Of a stretch of DNA of 64,000 nucleotides, positions 26,486 to 42,369 are shown in pieces; position 1 is the stretch's first letter; each line of letters begins with the position of its first letter. Location of the stretch: contig OX597822.1 of assembly GCA_951406725.2 (NCBI GenBank), forward strand, positions 117,614,001 to 117,678,000, given 5' to 3'. The position numbers and the translations under genes are program-made. The DNA comes from Octopus vulgaris (taxonomy: Eukaryota). The notes beneath the pieces were generated by a model. The model did not search any database and had not been told where the DNA came from. It saw nothing but the letters and a program-made list of their open reading frames with translations.

Positions 26486-28625
26486 ACATATAACTGCTCA
26501 ACATTTGGTAGATTGAAGTAAATTTCTACTGCATCATCTGCTGCACCTTTGTGTTGCTGAGGTATGTGCAGCACTGTGTGTGTTTTTTTGTGTTCTGTTG
26601 GGAGTGTGCAAACTCTTCTCGGTACTGTATCGTGTTAATTTCTTTACTCTTGAGGCAGGATGCAATCTTTCGTTGTGTCACAGCTTGTATTGTGTGTTGA
26701 GTGTGTAATGCGTTGGTTTTCTAGCTTTGCCGCTGAAAGTTTATTTCACTGGGTAAATGCTGTATAGAGTGTGTCTTGTGTTTGTAGTTTGTTTTGTTTA
26801 GGTTATATTATTGGATTGATAGTGTCATGCGTAGGGTGCGAGCCGTTCCTAGCAGGGCTACTTTTTTGACGGTGTGTCGTGTTGAAGATCCCAGCATAGC
26901 TTCTACGTTTTTGTTCATGCGTTTTTGTATCATTCCCAATGCTCCAATTATTATCGGTATTATTTTTACCTTCATGCCACACATTTTGAATACTTCAATT
27001 TCAAGGTCTTTGTACAATTTCTCCTCTTCTTTTTTGACATTATTTTGATCAGAAGTGACTTCAATGTCTATCAGTAAGCAGGTGATTTTTTTTTACCTCA
27101 GTCCTTGATTATTATGTTTGGGCGATTAGCTTTTATTTCTTTGTCGGTTTGAAGCGACATATATCACATGATTGCGGCCTGGTCGTTGTCTTGTACCATG
27201 CTTGGCATATGCTTACACCACCTGTTGTCAGTTTTGATGTAATGTTGGCACATTGTCCAGTGGACATAACTGACTATTTCGCTGTTTCTGTATCAATATA
27301 TTCAGGTTTGGCAAGGACTGGACAGCTCGAGATGATGTGACCAACTGTCTCATTTTGCTGGTTGCACATTCTGCATTTGGTGTCGAGGCCTGTTTTCATT
27401 ATTTTGGTTTTATAATTGTTTGTAGTCAGGCATTGATTTTGTGCAGTAAGAATCAGTCCTTCCGTTTCGGCTTTCAGTCCAGAGCTTTTGAGCCATTGTT
27501 GGCTTTTACTTAGGCTCACTTCCTCTCTGTCAAGCCTTGCAGGGTTTTGGCCATGAAGCGATTTTTCTCTCCATTCCTTCTTCAGTATCTTTTTTAACTC
27601 AGTTTTCATGTTGTCTTTTGTCTCTCTGACCATTGATGCTATGTTGTCATCTGAGGTCAGTGTGTCAGTGTAGTTGTTTCTGTTTTCTATTTTGTCGTCC
27701 CCTTGTGTACAGAGAAAAAGTTTTCTTTTTCTCGTGTTGCTTTAGTACACGCAGTAGTCTTCTACTCTTTGTTTCTATGTACTCTGCTAGTCCAACTGTT
27801 GTTATTTTATAGTAGTTCTCTATCCGTATCCGGCCATGGCCTCCTTATGAGCGGGTTAGATATATTCTGTCTGCGTCTGCTTTGGGGTGGTGACTTTGGT
27901 ACTCTGTTAGTAGTTTTCTGGTTTTTCTATCTAGGTTTCTCAATTCACTGATCTTCCAGCTTATTATGTTAAAGCTGTAATTTATGACTGGTATGGCTAC
28001 CGTGTTTATCCCTATTATCTTATTTTTAGCATTAAGTTCACTGCTTAACATTAGTCTGACTCTTCTGTAATGTTCCCTTTCCTAATGTTCTCTTTCATTT
28101 CTGTGTGTTGCATTTTAGCTGCTTCGTCTATTCCTAGACATTTGTATGGGTAGTTGTTGTCTAATCCTCTAATTTCTGTGTCTATGCCAAGTGCAGTGTT
28201 TTCAGTGCTGAATAATTTGCCTCTTCTCAGTGTGACTTTGAAACATTTGCCCAGCGCCATGTTAATTCCGATGTTTTTGCCGAAATTATGGACAGTTTTG
28301 ATAAGGCTTCTCTGTTCCATGGTGCTTTTAGCGAAACGTTTTAGGTCATCCATGTACAGGAAATGGCTTATTTTTTGTCCATAGCACCTATAACCCATGG
28401 TGGTTTCGTTTAACAAGTTTGTTGGCGGGGTCAGAGACAGGCAGAAAAGCTGGGGTGACACTGAGTATCCCTGGAAAATCTCTCTTTTTACGGGTACAGG
28501 GTAGGTTTTAATAACTTGTAAGTCACTTTTTAATGTTATACCAGTTTTCCAGTTTGCCATTGCATGCTTAATGTCTTTTAGTAGTAGTGGGGTTACCTTA
28601 TTTGTGTTGAGAATTTCTAGTATCC
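26486..28625 (-). mobile_element. R4/Dong-type LINE, 5'-truncated and decayed
   Basis: IFQG.SVSP.LFCLSL, ISHFLYMDDLK, LKAETEGLILTAQ, CRMC..ETVGHIISSCPVLA, KIIPIIIGALG. Confidence 0.88.
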
Positions 28626-28639
28626 ATGAGAGTGGAACC

Positions 28640-28890
28640 TCTAAGTTACGGGGATGTAAACATACCAATATCGGTTGCCAAGCGATGTGGTGGTGAGGGG
28701 ACAAACACAGACTCAAAAAACACACACATAAATATATACGACGGGTTTCTCTCAGTTTCCGTCTACCAAATCCCCTCACTAGGCTTTGGTCGGCCCGAGG
28801 CAATAGTAAACGACACTTATTCAAGGTGCCACTCAGTGGGACTGAACCCAGAACCCTGTGGTTGGAAAGCAAGCTTCTTATCACTCAGCC
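28640..28890 (-). mobile_element. SINE family C, partial
   Basis: Matches the family C head and body. Confidence 0.8.
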
Positions 28891-29198
28891 AATAATAACC
28901 CTTGGATGGAATTTATAAATATTTTAAAGCATCGCGACGGGAGTTACCACGAATTTGTCTTAAGATCGTAGTCCGTATTACTGGCAGGCTTACAGTACGA
29001 TCCGTAGTATCCATGGACATCGGGTAGATCATGTTCATGCATTCCTTTCTTCGGGTGATATGGATTTAACGGATGTTTAATTGAGGGTCGTCTATTGATT
29101 TAGACCAATGAAAAGGTTGATTGGAGTATGAGAGCACTTTTGTTTGCGTTACGTGGGAAGAGGAGAAGGTGCTGGAAAAAGAGGAAGGAATGGTAGTT

Positions 29199-29296
<98 letters not shown>

Positions 29297-29327
29297 GTCT
29301 GTGTATATATATATATATACATATGTT

Positions 29328-29360
<33 letters not shown>

Positions 29361-29452
29361 GTTTGAAATTTGAATATTTGAATATATGAATATTTATATA
29401 AGATGTATAAATGCATATATGTATATATTTGCCTATGTTGCTGCGTGTGTGC

Positions 29453-29516
<64 letters not shown>

Positions 29517-30899
29517 CATAAAATATCAATCTTGTTTATTTCCTTTGTTATACGGTTTAATGAGTCGAGGTCTATTTAGACGGCTGGTGAATAAACATTC
29601 AAGATCTATTTGTATTATTATTCATTAGAGGTGGAAAACAAGCGTTAAAAATGAAATAAGTCAGGCGCAAGGAATATATTTAAAAAGAAAACATTTTTAA
29701 CGTTTGCTTACATATAAAAATTCTAGAAACTTTGAGAGATTTGAAATGTATCATTTTTAACGGTGGCTTTCGAAGTAGATAGAACTATTAATATGTAAAA
29801 AAATATTAGACTAAAATAACCCCTGGATGGGAGGAGTCAAAACCTTTATTTCACATTTCTCGAAGATTCTGAGATTCATACAATATAAACAACACACAAT
29901 TCTCGCTTGTAGGAACTAAGTTCCTTAAAGTGGATAGAGAAATTTTGAAGTATTGCTTTCGTAGAATGGTAACATCTGTTATGTTCGCACTTCATGTGAG
30001 TTCGAGACCCGCAGGCATCCTTCGCTGTATTTTACAATCAAATGTATTCGTATTCTAGATGTTTTTATTTATAACTCATCGTTCATACTTTACCTTCATT
30101 TTTGATCAAAAATTCTCATTCATTCCCTATTAGTTTCAGCTTCCTCGACGGTCATACGACAGTTTTTCTCGCTCACTATTGCACACACACACACACACAC
30201 AATTCTACCATCGCCTTCCCACTGCGTGACAGATCTTTTGCACCAAAGCATTTTAATATAATAGATTTATGGCTCTTTCATGAGTGTTAGCAACATAACT
30301 GAAGTTAATTAATTTCAACGGAATCATATAGCAGCCGCTAAATATGTTTAAAATACGCTCCGTTAAAATAAATACAAAGAGAGAGAAGTGTATGCTCAAT
30401 TGGGCAATGTTGGCTGAGATGTTCAGTCAATAATTCAATAAGGCTGAAACATCTGTTTTGATATGTGCACTTGGCTTCGACATGATAGTTTATATATGAA
30501 AATGGTGTCTGTTGCCAAGTCGACGTGTTCAAATACACACCAACTAAATAATAGCTGTTTTATTCCATTAGTGAGTAACTGAGAAGAAATAATTATTTCG
30601 TACTAATTAGTTATGTCACTAAATTAATCGTCTTTTACGAGCAACACTTAAATAAGATTTTAGTGTGGAAGTGTTGGATTAGCATTTATAAGGTGTCTTC
30701 TTTCGCTAACACCATCCATTTATGAATTCTGAAATATTTGGACGATGTTTGGTTTTAGGGACACATATCTGTCGGATCGATAATGAAACCCAATCAATCC
30801 GGGAAAATACAAAAATAGACTTCGGTATCCCGAGTGAGCGAAACGAAATTTTTAAATGTATTAAATGACACGTATTAAGTGCCATTATTAACAGTTTTG

Positions 30900-31550
30900 A
30901 AGGCGGTGAGATGGTAGAATCATTAGAACGCCGGACGAGATGCTTAGCGGCAATTCGTCCGCCTTTATGCTCTAAGTTTAAATTCCACCGAAGTCGACTT
31001 TGCCTTTCATCCTTTCGGGGTTGATAAATTAAGGACCAGTGAAACATTGGGGTCGATGTAATCGACTAGTCCCCTCCCACAAAATATCAGGATTTGTGCC
31101 TTTAGTTGAAAGGATTATTAGAGAATAGTAACCGCGCCGGACACAATGCTTAGTGGTATTTCTTCTGACTTTACGTTCTGAGTTTAATTGTCTTCGGTGT
31201 CGACTTTATCTTTCGTCCTTTCAGAGTCGATTAAATAAGTATTAGTTGAGCACTGGGATCGGTGTAATCGATTTATCGCCTCCCCCGGAATTGCTGGCCT
31301 TGTACGAAAATCTGAAACCTGTATAACAGGTTTCTAAGGCGGCGAGCTGGCAGAATCGTTAGTACGCCGGGAAAAATGCTTCGAAGTACTTCGTCCGTCT
31401 TTACGTTCTGAGTTCACATGCCTCCGATGTCTACTTTGCCTTTCATCCTTTCGGGGTCGATAAAATAAGAAGCAATTGATGACTAGTGTAATCGACTTAA
31501 GCCCTCGCTTAAAATAATTCAGGCTTTGTACATATAATAGAAAGTATTAT
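30900..31550 (+). mobile_element. Three consecutive family B SINE copies
   Basis: Units at ~30900-31120, 31130-31320 and 31337-31550, same orientation, mutually diverged. Confidence 0.8.
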
Positions 31551-32334
31551 TACAGATTTTGTTTTTAATTACTGAACAGCCTAATTGTTTGAAATTAGTA
31601 TGCTAGCATCGTAAAAAATAAATTTCTCATTAAGAAATATAGCTTTTCAAATATGTAAAATTATATGTTATGTGTATGTGTGTGTGTGTGTGGGCATGTG
31701 CGTGTGCGTGCATGAATGTGTGCGTGTGAATGTGTGTGTTCGTTATTTTGATGCTAATGCAGTAACTTAAAATTAAAACCACAAGCTGTTCAGCGATTTA
31801 AAAGAGAAATCTGTCATTCTCCCATTTTATAAGTGATTTTTAAAGCATTTACTATTCGCTTAGCTTATTCGGGATATCGAAATCTAGGTTTGTATTTCAC
31901 TGGACTTTATTCATCCCGCAGAATATATGTAACTAAAACCCAAAGATCGTCAATATTTGGAACGAATTTATGCACTATAATGTTTGCAGCGAGAGAATGA
32001 GAAAAGAAAAATGCAGCAGTAAACACCGAAAAGACAAACGAGATACCGATGATCATTGGTAGGGGGGGATAACTCTTTGCCTGCATAAAAATAATACCAA
32101 CACAAACGACAAACACGTAAACTAACCCATCTCTGTCTCCTTCCACTTAATGTTCGCCAAATAACAAGATGGAGGGATGTATGTATTATATAAGGTGTAT
32201 GTATGTATGTATGTATGTATGTATGTATGTTAATTATGTAATGTATATATGTATATTTGGATATATATATATATATATTAAATATACGTGTGTACGTAAG
32301 TATGGATATTCATGTATATGTATATGTGTATATG

Positions 32335-32369
<35 letters not shown>

Positions 32370-32652
32370 AATTGGGAAAACAAATTTCCACATCAATCAG
32401 GTGCAACACTTCAGCGTTATATGCATCTACATATATTTATATATTTATCTATAAATATACAAAGAATCTGCTAAAATTCAATAATAATTCAATTTTTGGG
32501 GATATATCTTTTAAGTATTATTTCGTGATGTGCAAACTGATGCCACGAGTTTACTGTGAGATATACTCATTAAGTTATTTTTGTATTATCTGAGATAAGA
32601 TACCCGCATATCGATTGAATTATATATATATATATATAGTTGAAAATATGTG

Positions 32653-32709
<57 letters not shown>

Positions 32710-33344
32710 CATACGTACATACATACATATATATATATATATATGCTCGTGTGTGTAAATTATATTATGTATCATAATAATGTCCCTTGTTAGGAATAAC
32801 ACTTCTATGTTTGAATTAGGAGGGAAGGAGCAAGATTTTCGAGTGATTTTAGCAGTAAAAGCGAACTGACATTGCGTGAAACGCAAACCAAAGAATGGCT
32901 GTAAGTTCGTCTTATTAAAAGCTTACTCTCTGAAATTTATTGACCTCCAAACATTCATTATTTTTCTTTGTTTTCACTATGTTGCAGAGAGGGAAATTTT
33001 AGTGGGTTATAATTCAAAGTCTATCTATACATTTCCTAACTGACTTAGTGACGTAAGAAATTCCTACGAAGATGTAAGAAGTGGGAATCGAACCATCGCC
33101 ACTGAATTGACGTCGCTCTTGCTTTATGGGTTTCGTCAGAACCTGTCATATTTTATTGATTTGGTCAAACAGCAACGGAGTGTAACAGTAATTTTGAATG
33201 TAAAGTGGTCAACATACAGTGCCGTGCTATAGAAGGCAAACAGAAAGAGAATTTATAGAATTGAAAGACAATACAAATGTTACTGAAAATATGAGAGAAT
33301 CAAGCAGAATAATGGAATTAGTGAGAGGCTAGCATTTATACGTG

Positions 33345-33384
<40 letters not shown>

Positions 33385-34026
33385 ATACATTGTAAATAGG
33401 CGAGCAACTTCAATTTCTATGCAGGACGAACAATGACATAAAAACAAACAAATCATCAGACACATTAGAGAAGAAAAAAAGATAAAACAAACAGTGACGA
33501 AATAAAAAAAAAGATACGTGAAGAGAGAATAGGGAAGGACATTCTTGATCTAATTGCGATTCCATATGTTTGTGAATCTTCATAAAGCAGACAAAAGACT
33601 CGAATCATTTTAATATTTTCTTTACATTCTATTCCTTTTGTATTAAAACGCTAGAATGTTGAAGGTATTTTTGATTTCTTTTACAGCAACCAAACATTAT
33701 TTCGGATTGATTTCTCCAACTGCAAGCGTTACAAGATGTTCACCAGAGAAAGTTCCAGCGAAATTTCCCGCTCAAATAATATAGGCTGTTGTTGGAGATG
33801 TAAAGTGATAATCAGGCTGCTACAGAGTTAACGTTCCTTTGAACTCAAATACATTCGATATAAATAAAAGACGGCAAACATGTAATTTATCCTGAGATAA
33901 GATGATGCAAAGCATTTCATGCCGAAGTAAAACATTCAAATTAACGAGTTCTTATAATGTTTTACTGAAACTTGATATAGCTACAGTGAAATTAATAAAC
34001 AATTAAAAAGACAAATAAAATAATTG

Positions 34027-34099
<73 letters not shown>

Positions 34100-34148
34100 A
34101 TACATAAATGCGCACATTACTCACTTATCAAGTAATTCAGTGGGTATA

Positions 34149-35350
<1,202 letters not shown>

Positions 35351-35354
35351 TTGA

Positions 35355-35891
35355 TTGAGAAAGCAGTGCATGCCATCAAAGTAATACTGGGGTACAAATA
35401 TACGAAGCCCTGTATACCCATCATGACTACCCGTCTGATAATGTTGCACCAGGCACATGCATCACAACCACATCTGCTCGACATGGTGAACTTATAGCAA
35501 GATAAACACTGCATGACCTTGCAGGTGGGGCCCAGTTAGAATTTTCTTCTGGTCGAGTAGCCCATCCCGCTCAAAAGGTCCCTGAATAAGAGTTATTTTT
35601 AGGATATTGAACGAAACTCCCATGTTTTCAGAGGTGAATTATTCAAGCCCAAATAATACCTCTCAACACACGGCTATGATGCTCCCCCACTACTTCTACT
35701 CGTGATCAGAGATGCACATATCGTCAGCCACAAAGGAATATGCTCAACTGGTTAAGGTCAAACAACTGACAAGCAAATCTGTGGTATTGAGCAGAATATT
35801 TGCTGTAGTCCATCTTTTAGACTAAAACAAAACAGTGTACATGAAAACACTTCCAATCAGTTAAGATCAGAAGCCTGGTACTGCATCAGGG

Positions 35892-35893
<2 letters not shown>
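35355..35893. repeat. Unclassified non-coding repeat embedded in (TTA)n
   Basis: Partial reverse-complement copy at ~55900-56068 (AGCAAATATTCTGCTC..GATTTGCTTGTCAGTTG). Confidence 0.65.
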
Positions 35894-35961
<68 letters not shown>

Positions 35962-35983
35962 ATTATCGTTGTCGTTGTCGTTG

Positions 35984-36061
<78 letters not shown>

Positions 36062-36063
<2 letters not shown>

Positions 36064-36495
36064 TCGTCTTATTTTTATCACCTGCTTTCTGGTACCCTTT
36101 CTGGCGTGTGTCTATACCATCTTTTTCTATTGCTATTCCATAGTGTTGGCATAACTTCCAGTGTATATAGGTTCCAACTCTGTCGTGTCTGTGAATATAT
36201 TCCTTCTTAGCCAGGACTGGACAATCAGGGAAAATATGACATATTGTTTCTTCTCCGTCTCCACATATTCTGCAGTTAATTGCATTTCTTTTCATTACAT
36301 GTTTTTGGTAATTTCTGTTGGGGAGGCTTTGGTCTTGTGCTTCAATTAAAAATCCTTCAGTCTCTGCTTTCAGTCCTGAGCTTCTCAGCCATTGCTGGGA
36401 TTTTGGATGTCTATTTCTTTTCTGTTTAGTTTAACCCAGTATTTGTCATGACATCGTTTTATCATGATCCGTTGCCGTTCCAGTTTTAGTTTGGT
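36062..36495 (-). mobile_element. R4/Dong-type LINE fragment
   Basis: SQQWLRSSGLKAETEGFL, CRICGDGEETICHI..CPVLAKKEYIHRHD. Confidence 0.85.
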
Positions 36496-36974
36496 ATGAA
36501 ATCAAGAAGGTAATTTGTCTATTATGTAACTACTAGTATATCCGTGTCGTCAAATTGCCGACAGTTTTATGTATGATAGAAAGAGGCACATCAACACAAT
36601 GAGAAAAACCATTAACAAATGTCAGCAATCTAGTAAATAGAGTTGAAGAACTTGAAGAGTCGGACACAATTGAAACCTCTCGGTAGGAAATATTGCCCAC
36701 ATAATGTATGTACACACACGTACATATAGATACACATCTCTCTCTATATATATAAGCATGCATGCATACGTACGTACGTACATACATACATACATACATA
36801 CATACATACATACATACATACATGCATATATACATACATACATACATACATACATACGTAGGAGGCAGAGTTTTAACATGTATCCAAAATGCCTTTGAAT
36901 GTCGTACCACATCTCTTCGGCAACATCTTTTAACCACCATGTGTCCAAGTGCATCCCCTGACCAAGTTCGCTTA

Positions 36975-38640
36975 CGTTAAGCTGATAACTTCATAAGACT
37001 TGGAAGGCAGCTCCTTGGCAGCATTGCTTGTCTGTCTGATAACCTAGAATACATGCCCAAAGAAGTTGCACGACTCTACCGCAACGTATCATCAGATTAA
37101 AGGATGAGTGTATATGAGCAGACGGAGGTGCAATTGCCCAGTGGTTAGGGCAGCGAACTCGCGGTCGGAGGATCCCGGTTTCGATTTCCGGACCGGGCGT
37201 TGTGTGTGTTTATTGAGCGACAACTCCTAAAGGCTCCACGAGGTTCCGGCATGGGGTGGTGGTGACCCCTGTTGTACTCTTTCGTTACAACTTTCTCTCA
37301 CTCTTTCTTCCTGTTTCTTGAGTAACGCTGCGATGGCCTGGAGTCCCGTCCAGCTGGAGGGAACACATACGCCACAGAAACCGGGAAACCAGGCCCATGA
37401 GCCTGGCTAGGCTTGAAAAGGGCGACGAAAAATATATGAACAGACCATATATTTAGTAGAAAGCTCAGAGATGATAGTAACATTGATCACGAAAGTAGTC
37501 TATCATGGGCCAACAACCGGATCGCTACCACCCACTTTGAAGGGCATTTGTTTGCAATCCAGGGACAGGGAATATCAACCAAATACCTGATGTACAAAAG
37601 GGACAGAGACACAGGAAAAGCAGAAAAATGTGGCAACCAATGCAGACTTTGTGGAGTTAACACCGAATATATCACCCACATCATAAGTAGTTGTCCAAAA
37701 ATGTCATCACGGTATTATCTACCGATGAGATATGATAGTATAGCTAGGACACTGTATAACGAGATCCACCGAGGACAAAGAAATAAGAACTTACAATATG
37801 GTGGAAGTCATAGCAAATCATGATAAAAAGGAATACTGGTGGAATGTTTCCATGAAAACCACAATAAAATGTAAACACAATAGACCTGATATAGTGATTT
37901 GGGATAGAGAAGAGAAGCTGTGTACAGGTGTGGAAATCAGCTGTCCAGCAGATATTAACTCAAAGCAGAAGATTAGTGAAAAAGAGAATACCTACGCTGA
38001 ACTACTGAGAAATCTGAAGTTACTCTATCCAGATTACAAGTTCAGGTTTATACCTGTAATCAATGGGTCGCTGAGATATGTAACGCACTGCCTTGAGAAA
38101 TTAGGCTTCTCAAAACCAGAAAGGAGAAAGCTAATCCGAAGATCCAATCCATTACCGGAACTGTAAAAATCTGTGAAACTTTCCATAAGTTTATCGTTTA
38201 AATATAAATGAGCATGTCTAGATATGCAAATATATCCATGAAAATAAATGCATTAAACAAAAAATACAAACCTGCACGCCTGAGATATGTAACACGCTGC
38301 CTAAATACCAATCTTGAGAAATTAGACTTCTCAAAACCAGAAAGGAGAAAGCTAAGTCGAAGGTTACAGATTCAATCCATCACTGGAACTGTAAAAATCT
38401 GTAAAACTTTCCAGAAGTTTATCATTTAAATATATATATGAGCATGTCTAGATATGTAACTCTATGCATGAGAATACATACATAAAACACAAATCTGCAC
38501 GTACATGCATGCATACATACATACAAACAAATAAAAATACCATGCTGTTGGTGATGAAATTCCTATGAAGGAGCCCTGAATCTAGGTTAGAAACCGGCTC
38601 TTTCTCTATTGACAAGAAATCTTGAAATAAAACTCAATAA
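36975..38640 (+). mobile_element. RLE-type LINE 3' fragment (R4-like), interrupted by a SINE
   Basis: CRLCG..EYITHIISSCPKM..YL.MRYD; NRPDIVIWD..VEISCP; 3' end partly duplicated. Confidence 0.82.
37124..37430 (+). mobile_element. SINE family A
   Basis: Matches the 1058 copy; TSD TATATGA(G/A)CAGAC. Confidence 0.88.
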
Positions 38641-38737
38641 TGACTTACATACATATGGAGGTTTTCTTTCAGTTTGCACCTACCAAATCTACTGACGAGG
38701 CTTTAGTCGGCCCTACGATACAGTTGAAGACTATATA

Positions 38738-38792
<55 letters not shown>

Positions 38793-40282
38793 GATGAAGT
38801 CTCTCGTCGAAGACGACGTATGAGCGTTTAACTTTTGCCGAAAAACCTGCACAAATGATTTGTTTATAGTGATCAAATGTTAATGCTGCACATTACCTCA
38901 CTCCCCCCTCCATCACATCGACATTGCCTGAATAGGTGCACCGTGTACCACGCGTCAGGTGTCGAAGTGATCACAGTGATGTGTGTGTGTGTGAATGTGT
39001 GTGTGTGTGTGTGTGTGAGTGAAACTGATAAAGTAGATACAATTTACGATAAGAATCTGCAGTTTTGTTTTGATTAAAATACCTGCATTTTGTGAGCAAA
39101 ACCTTCGAACGCTGTCAGCCTGCGTCTCGGCGTGTCTGATTGTCACCCACTCCCACCCCGTTTGTTGTTTAACTCTTCTTTTCCTAGCATGACCGACGAA
39201 AGCTCTTCCTGAATTCCCTCAAAACCTCCACAGTGATTTTTGTTGTTGTTGACTGTCCGGCCATAGGAACCTAACAGATGTAGATGATGCTTTTTCTGTG
39301 GAAAAATAGGTTCGTCATGAGCTTCCCAACGGTCTTCCTTTGCCTGGCCTCTGGTACCAAGGAAAAATAGATGCTCGAGCCATATAAGGTAATCGATAAT
39401 CACTCTGAATCATTAAAAAAGTTTCTGTAGCGTTTTTACTCAGTTTATCACCATTGAATAGTGAGCATTCAAATTGTCTTCCTTTCGCGATTGCATTATG
39501 CAAACTATCCTGCTGTGACAAGCAGGGTTTTGTAGGGTATGTTCCAAGTACAGTTACAGCAATGCAACAAAAGTCGGCAGTTCACCTTATTGAATGTATT
39601 AAAATGATATACAAAAATCACAATAATTTAGGACAATTATAACTGCTTCTCCTAAAAAGGTTTGGAAACAACCGGAATAAACATCGCATATTTATAAGGA
39701 TAAACCATCAATGCACGTTTCCATATAAAGGGAGCGGCCAGGAAAGAAATCGAACTTGGTAATACGTTGTTATTGCAGTTCATTTTCCTGATGTGTAACT
39801 GTGCAGTGTTCACTATTAATAAAAAAAATTACTAGAAGACATTTGCAGATGATAGAGTGAGATGGAGGAGTGGAATTCGCTGCTACCTGAAGATGGGAGA
39901 AGAGAAGGGATGTTGGATTCTGTCGCAGAAAATTGGACAGACTGAAAGAAGCTCAGTAATACCAACTGGCCAATGACCTCTCACAAATGTGACCTCTAGC
40001 ATTGATCATTTTAGGGTATAAGGGACACTGCTTCTAAGTGATAAACACAACATCAAGCATGCTTTCCATGTTCAGTCTTGAGCGATTGGGGCTTACAAGA
40101 TGTGTGGTCTGCTTAATGTCCGTCATTTGATGCTGTTGTTACAAATCAGCCTTAGATCAATCTTGATTAAGCAACCTTTGACTGACCTTGACTATTTAAT
40201 TTTCATTTTTTTGTGGGATGTAATAAGGAAGGACCATATTATCTAACACATCTTTCCTTTTTTATGGCAGTTGCGTTATATC

Positions 40283-40697
40283 TTATTTCTTTATTGCCCA
40301 CAAGGGCTAAACATAGAGGGGACAAACAATGAGAGAAAAAGGGGATTAAGTCGATTGCATCGACCCCAGTGCGTAACTGGTACTTAATTTATCGACCCCA
40401 AAAGGATGAAAGGCAAAGTCGACCTCGGCGGAATTTGAACTCAGAACGTAACGGCAGACGAAATACCTATTTCTTTACTACCCACAAGGGGCTAAACGCA
40501 GAGAGGACAAACAAGGACAGGCACACGGATTAAGTCGATTATATCGACCCCAGTGCGTTACTGGTACTTATTTAATCGATCCCGAAAGGATGAAAGGCAA
40601 AGTCGACCTCGGCGGAATTTGAACTCAGAATGTAGCGGCAGACGAAATACCGCTAAACATTTCGCCCGGCGTGCTAACGTCTCTGCCAATTCACCGT
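40283..40697 (-). mobile_element. Family B SINE head-to-tail dimer
   Basis: Full copy at 40468-40697 fused to a 5'-truncated copy at 40283-40467. Confidence 0.85.
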
Positions 40698-41469
40698 CTT
40701 TTGAGTTATATATCTGAGTGAGGATTTTCACTACTATTTTTAGCAAGTTGAACGACTGTGAAGAAGCTCTCTTGTCGAAAATTAATTAATTTACGTATTT
40801 GTGATGTGTAGTTATTGTACGGAAACTATTAATTCGGATTTCACCTTAATGTTAGCTATTGTTTAGAAGGTAATTTGCTGAATAAAGTGAACGCGTCTCG
40901 GTTTGGAGCCAGTCAGTGCGTACTCTTTGTCACCGATCAATGAATCGGCATAAAGAGATAAACAGTGATGAGTCTATTGTGTGCGTACCTGTCTGGATGT
41001 CTGTCTGTTTGACAGTCTGTCTGTCTTCCTGTTAGGATGTATGTATGCTTGTGCGCATGTGAGTGTGTGTATGTATGTATGTATACTATCTATATATGCA
41101 TGCATGTATATTATCTATATATGCATGCAGTTATATATGCATACCTGAATGTTTGTATGAATCCATAGATGTATGCTTGTATATATATATATATATATAT
41201 GTACATGCATACGTATATGCATATATGCATATACGTATGCATGTATGTATGTGTGCATGCATTTAAGCCTGTACCATGTCCTACTCCACCCCCATTCTCT
41301 CTCCCCTTCTCTGTGTTTATTTCTTCCCCTCTGCCCCCTCTCTCTCTCCCACTTTCTCTTTCTTTTATTTCCACAATTTGACATCCTGCAAACCGAATTC
41401 TTCCGATATTTTTTTTCTGGAGTCGATTTCTCAAACAACATACACGAAGAGGAGATGTGTGTGTGTGTG

Positions 41470-41509
<40 letters not shown>

Positions 41510-42323
41510 AGGGTAGGGGGTAGGGGCGTTTGGGATGGCAGGAGGAATAAAGACAGAAACGGACGGGAATGCGGGGCCGAAAAAATAGAAAGTGGAAGAC
41601 GTTGAGACTGACTGACAAAGACAGGCAAATCAAAAGACAGGTACATCAAAGAGAGAGAAACCGAAAGATAAAGAATGCTGATGCATGGGGACATAAATGG
41701 AAAACAGAAACGGAAATAACGGTAAAAAGATCAGTGAAAACAGCAACAACAACATCAGCAATAGCATTGTATGTATGCAATGCCGATGCGGACTGTAACT
41801 ATAATAGCGTAAACAATAACAATTATATCATGTTTATTGAAGAAGGTAGTCGAGCAGTTTCTTTATGTGTTGGAATAAATTATATAACTCAGACTACTAC
41901 ACTGTGTCTCATACGATAAACATGACTGCAGTTTGGCTATTTCTGCTATTATTAAACTCTGTGTGTGTGTGTGTGTGTGTGTTGGTGTGTGTGCGTATGT
42001 GTGTGTGTGCTTGTACTTGATAGATAGAAGTGAAGAAAGAGAGGTGGGTGTTTCTGTTGCGAGCATGAATTTTGGTTTGATATGTTGAGTGAAAGAAAGG
42101 TAGACATGGGAATTGAAAAAAATGCAGAGAGAGAAATAGAATGAAGAGAAAGAAAAAGAAGGTGGAAGAGAAAAGAAAAAAAGAAGAGGAAAAGGAAACC
42201 TGAGTGTAAGATGGTTTACAATGTAACAATATATGAAATATGTGGCAGGGAGGGAGGGAGGGAGAAATACAGGGTGTGTGATAAGGGGATACAGTTAGGA
42301 AGGGAGAAACGGGTGAATAGACT

Positions 42324-42369
<46 letters not shown>

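Noticed and set aside
39100-39550. Possible piggyBac C-terminal remnant on the minus strand (DYRL..ARA..KGRP)
   Set aside because: Too short and degenerate; no Cys-rich domain or TIR found.
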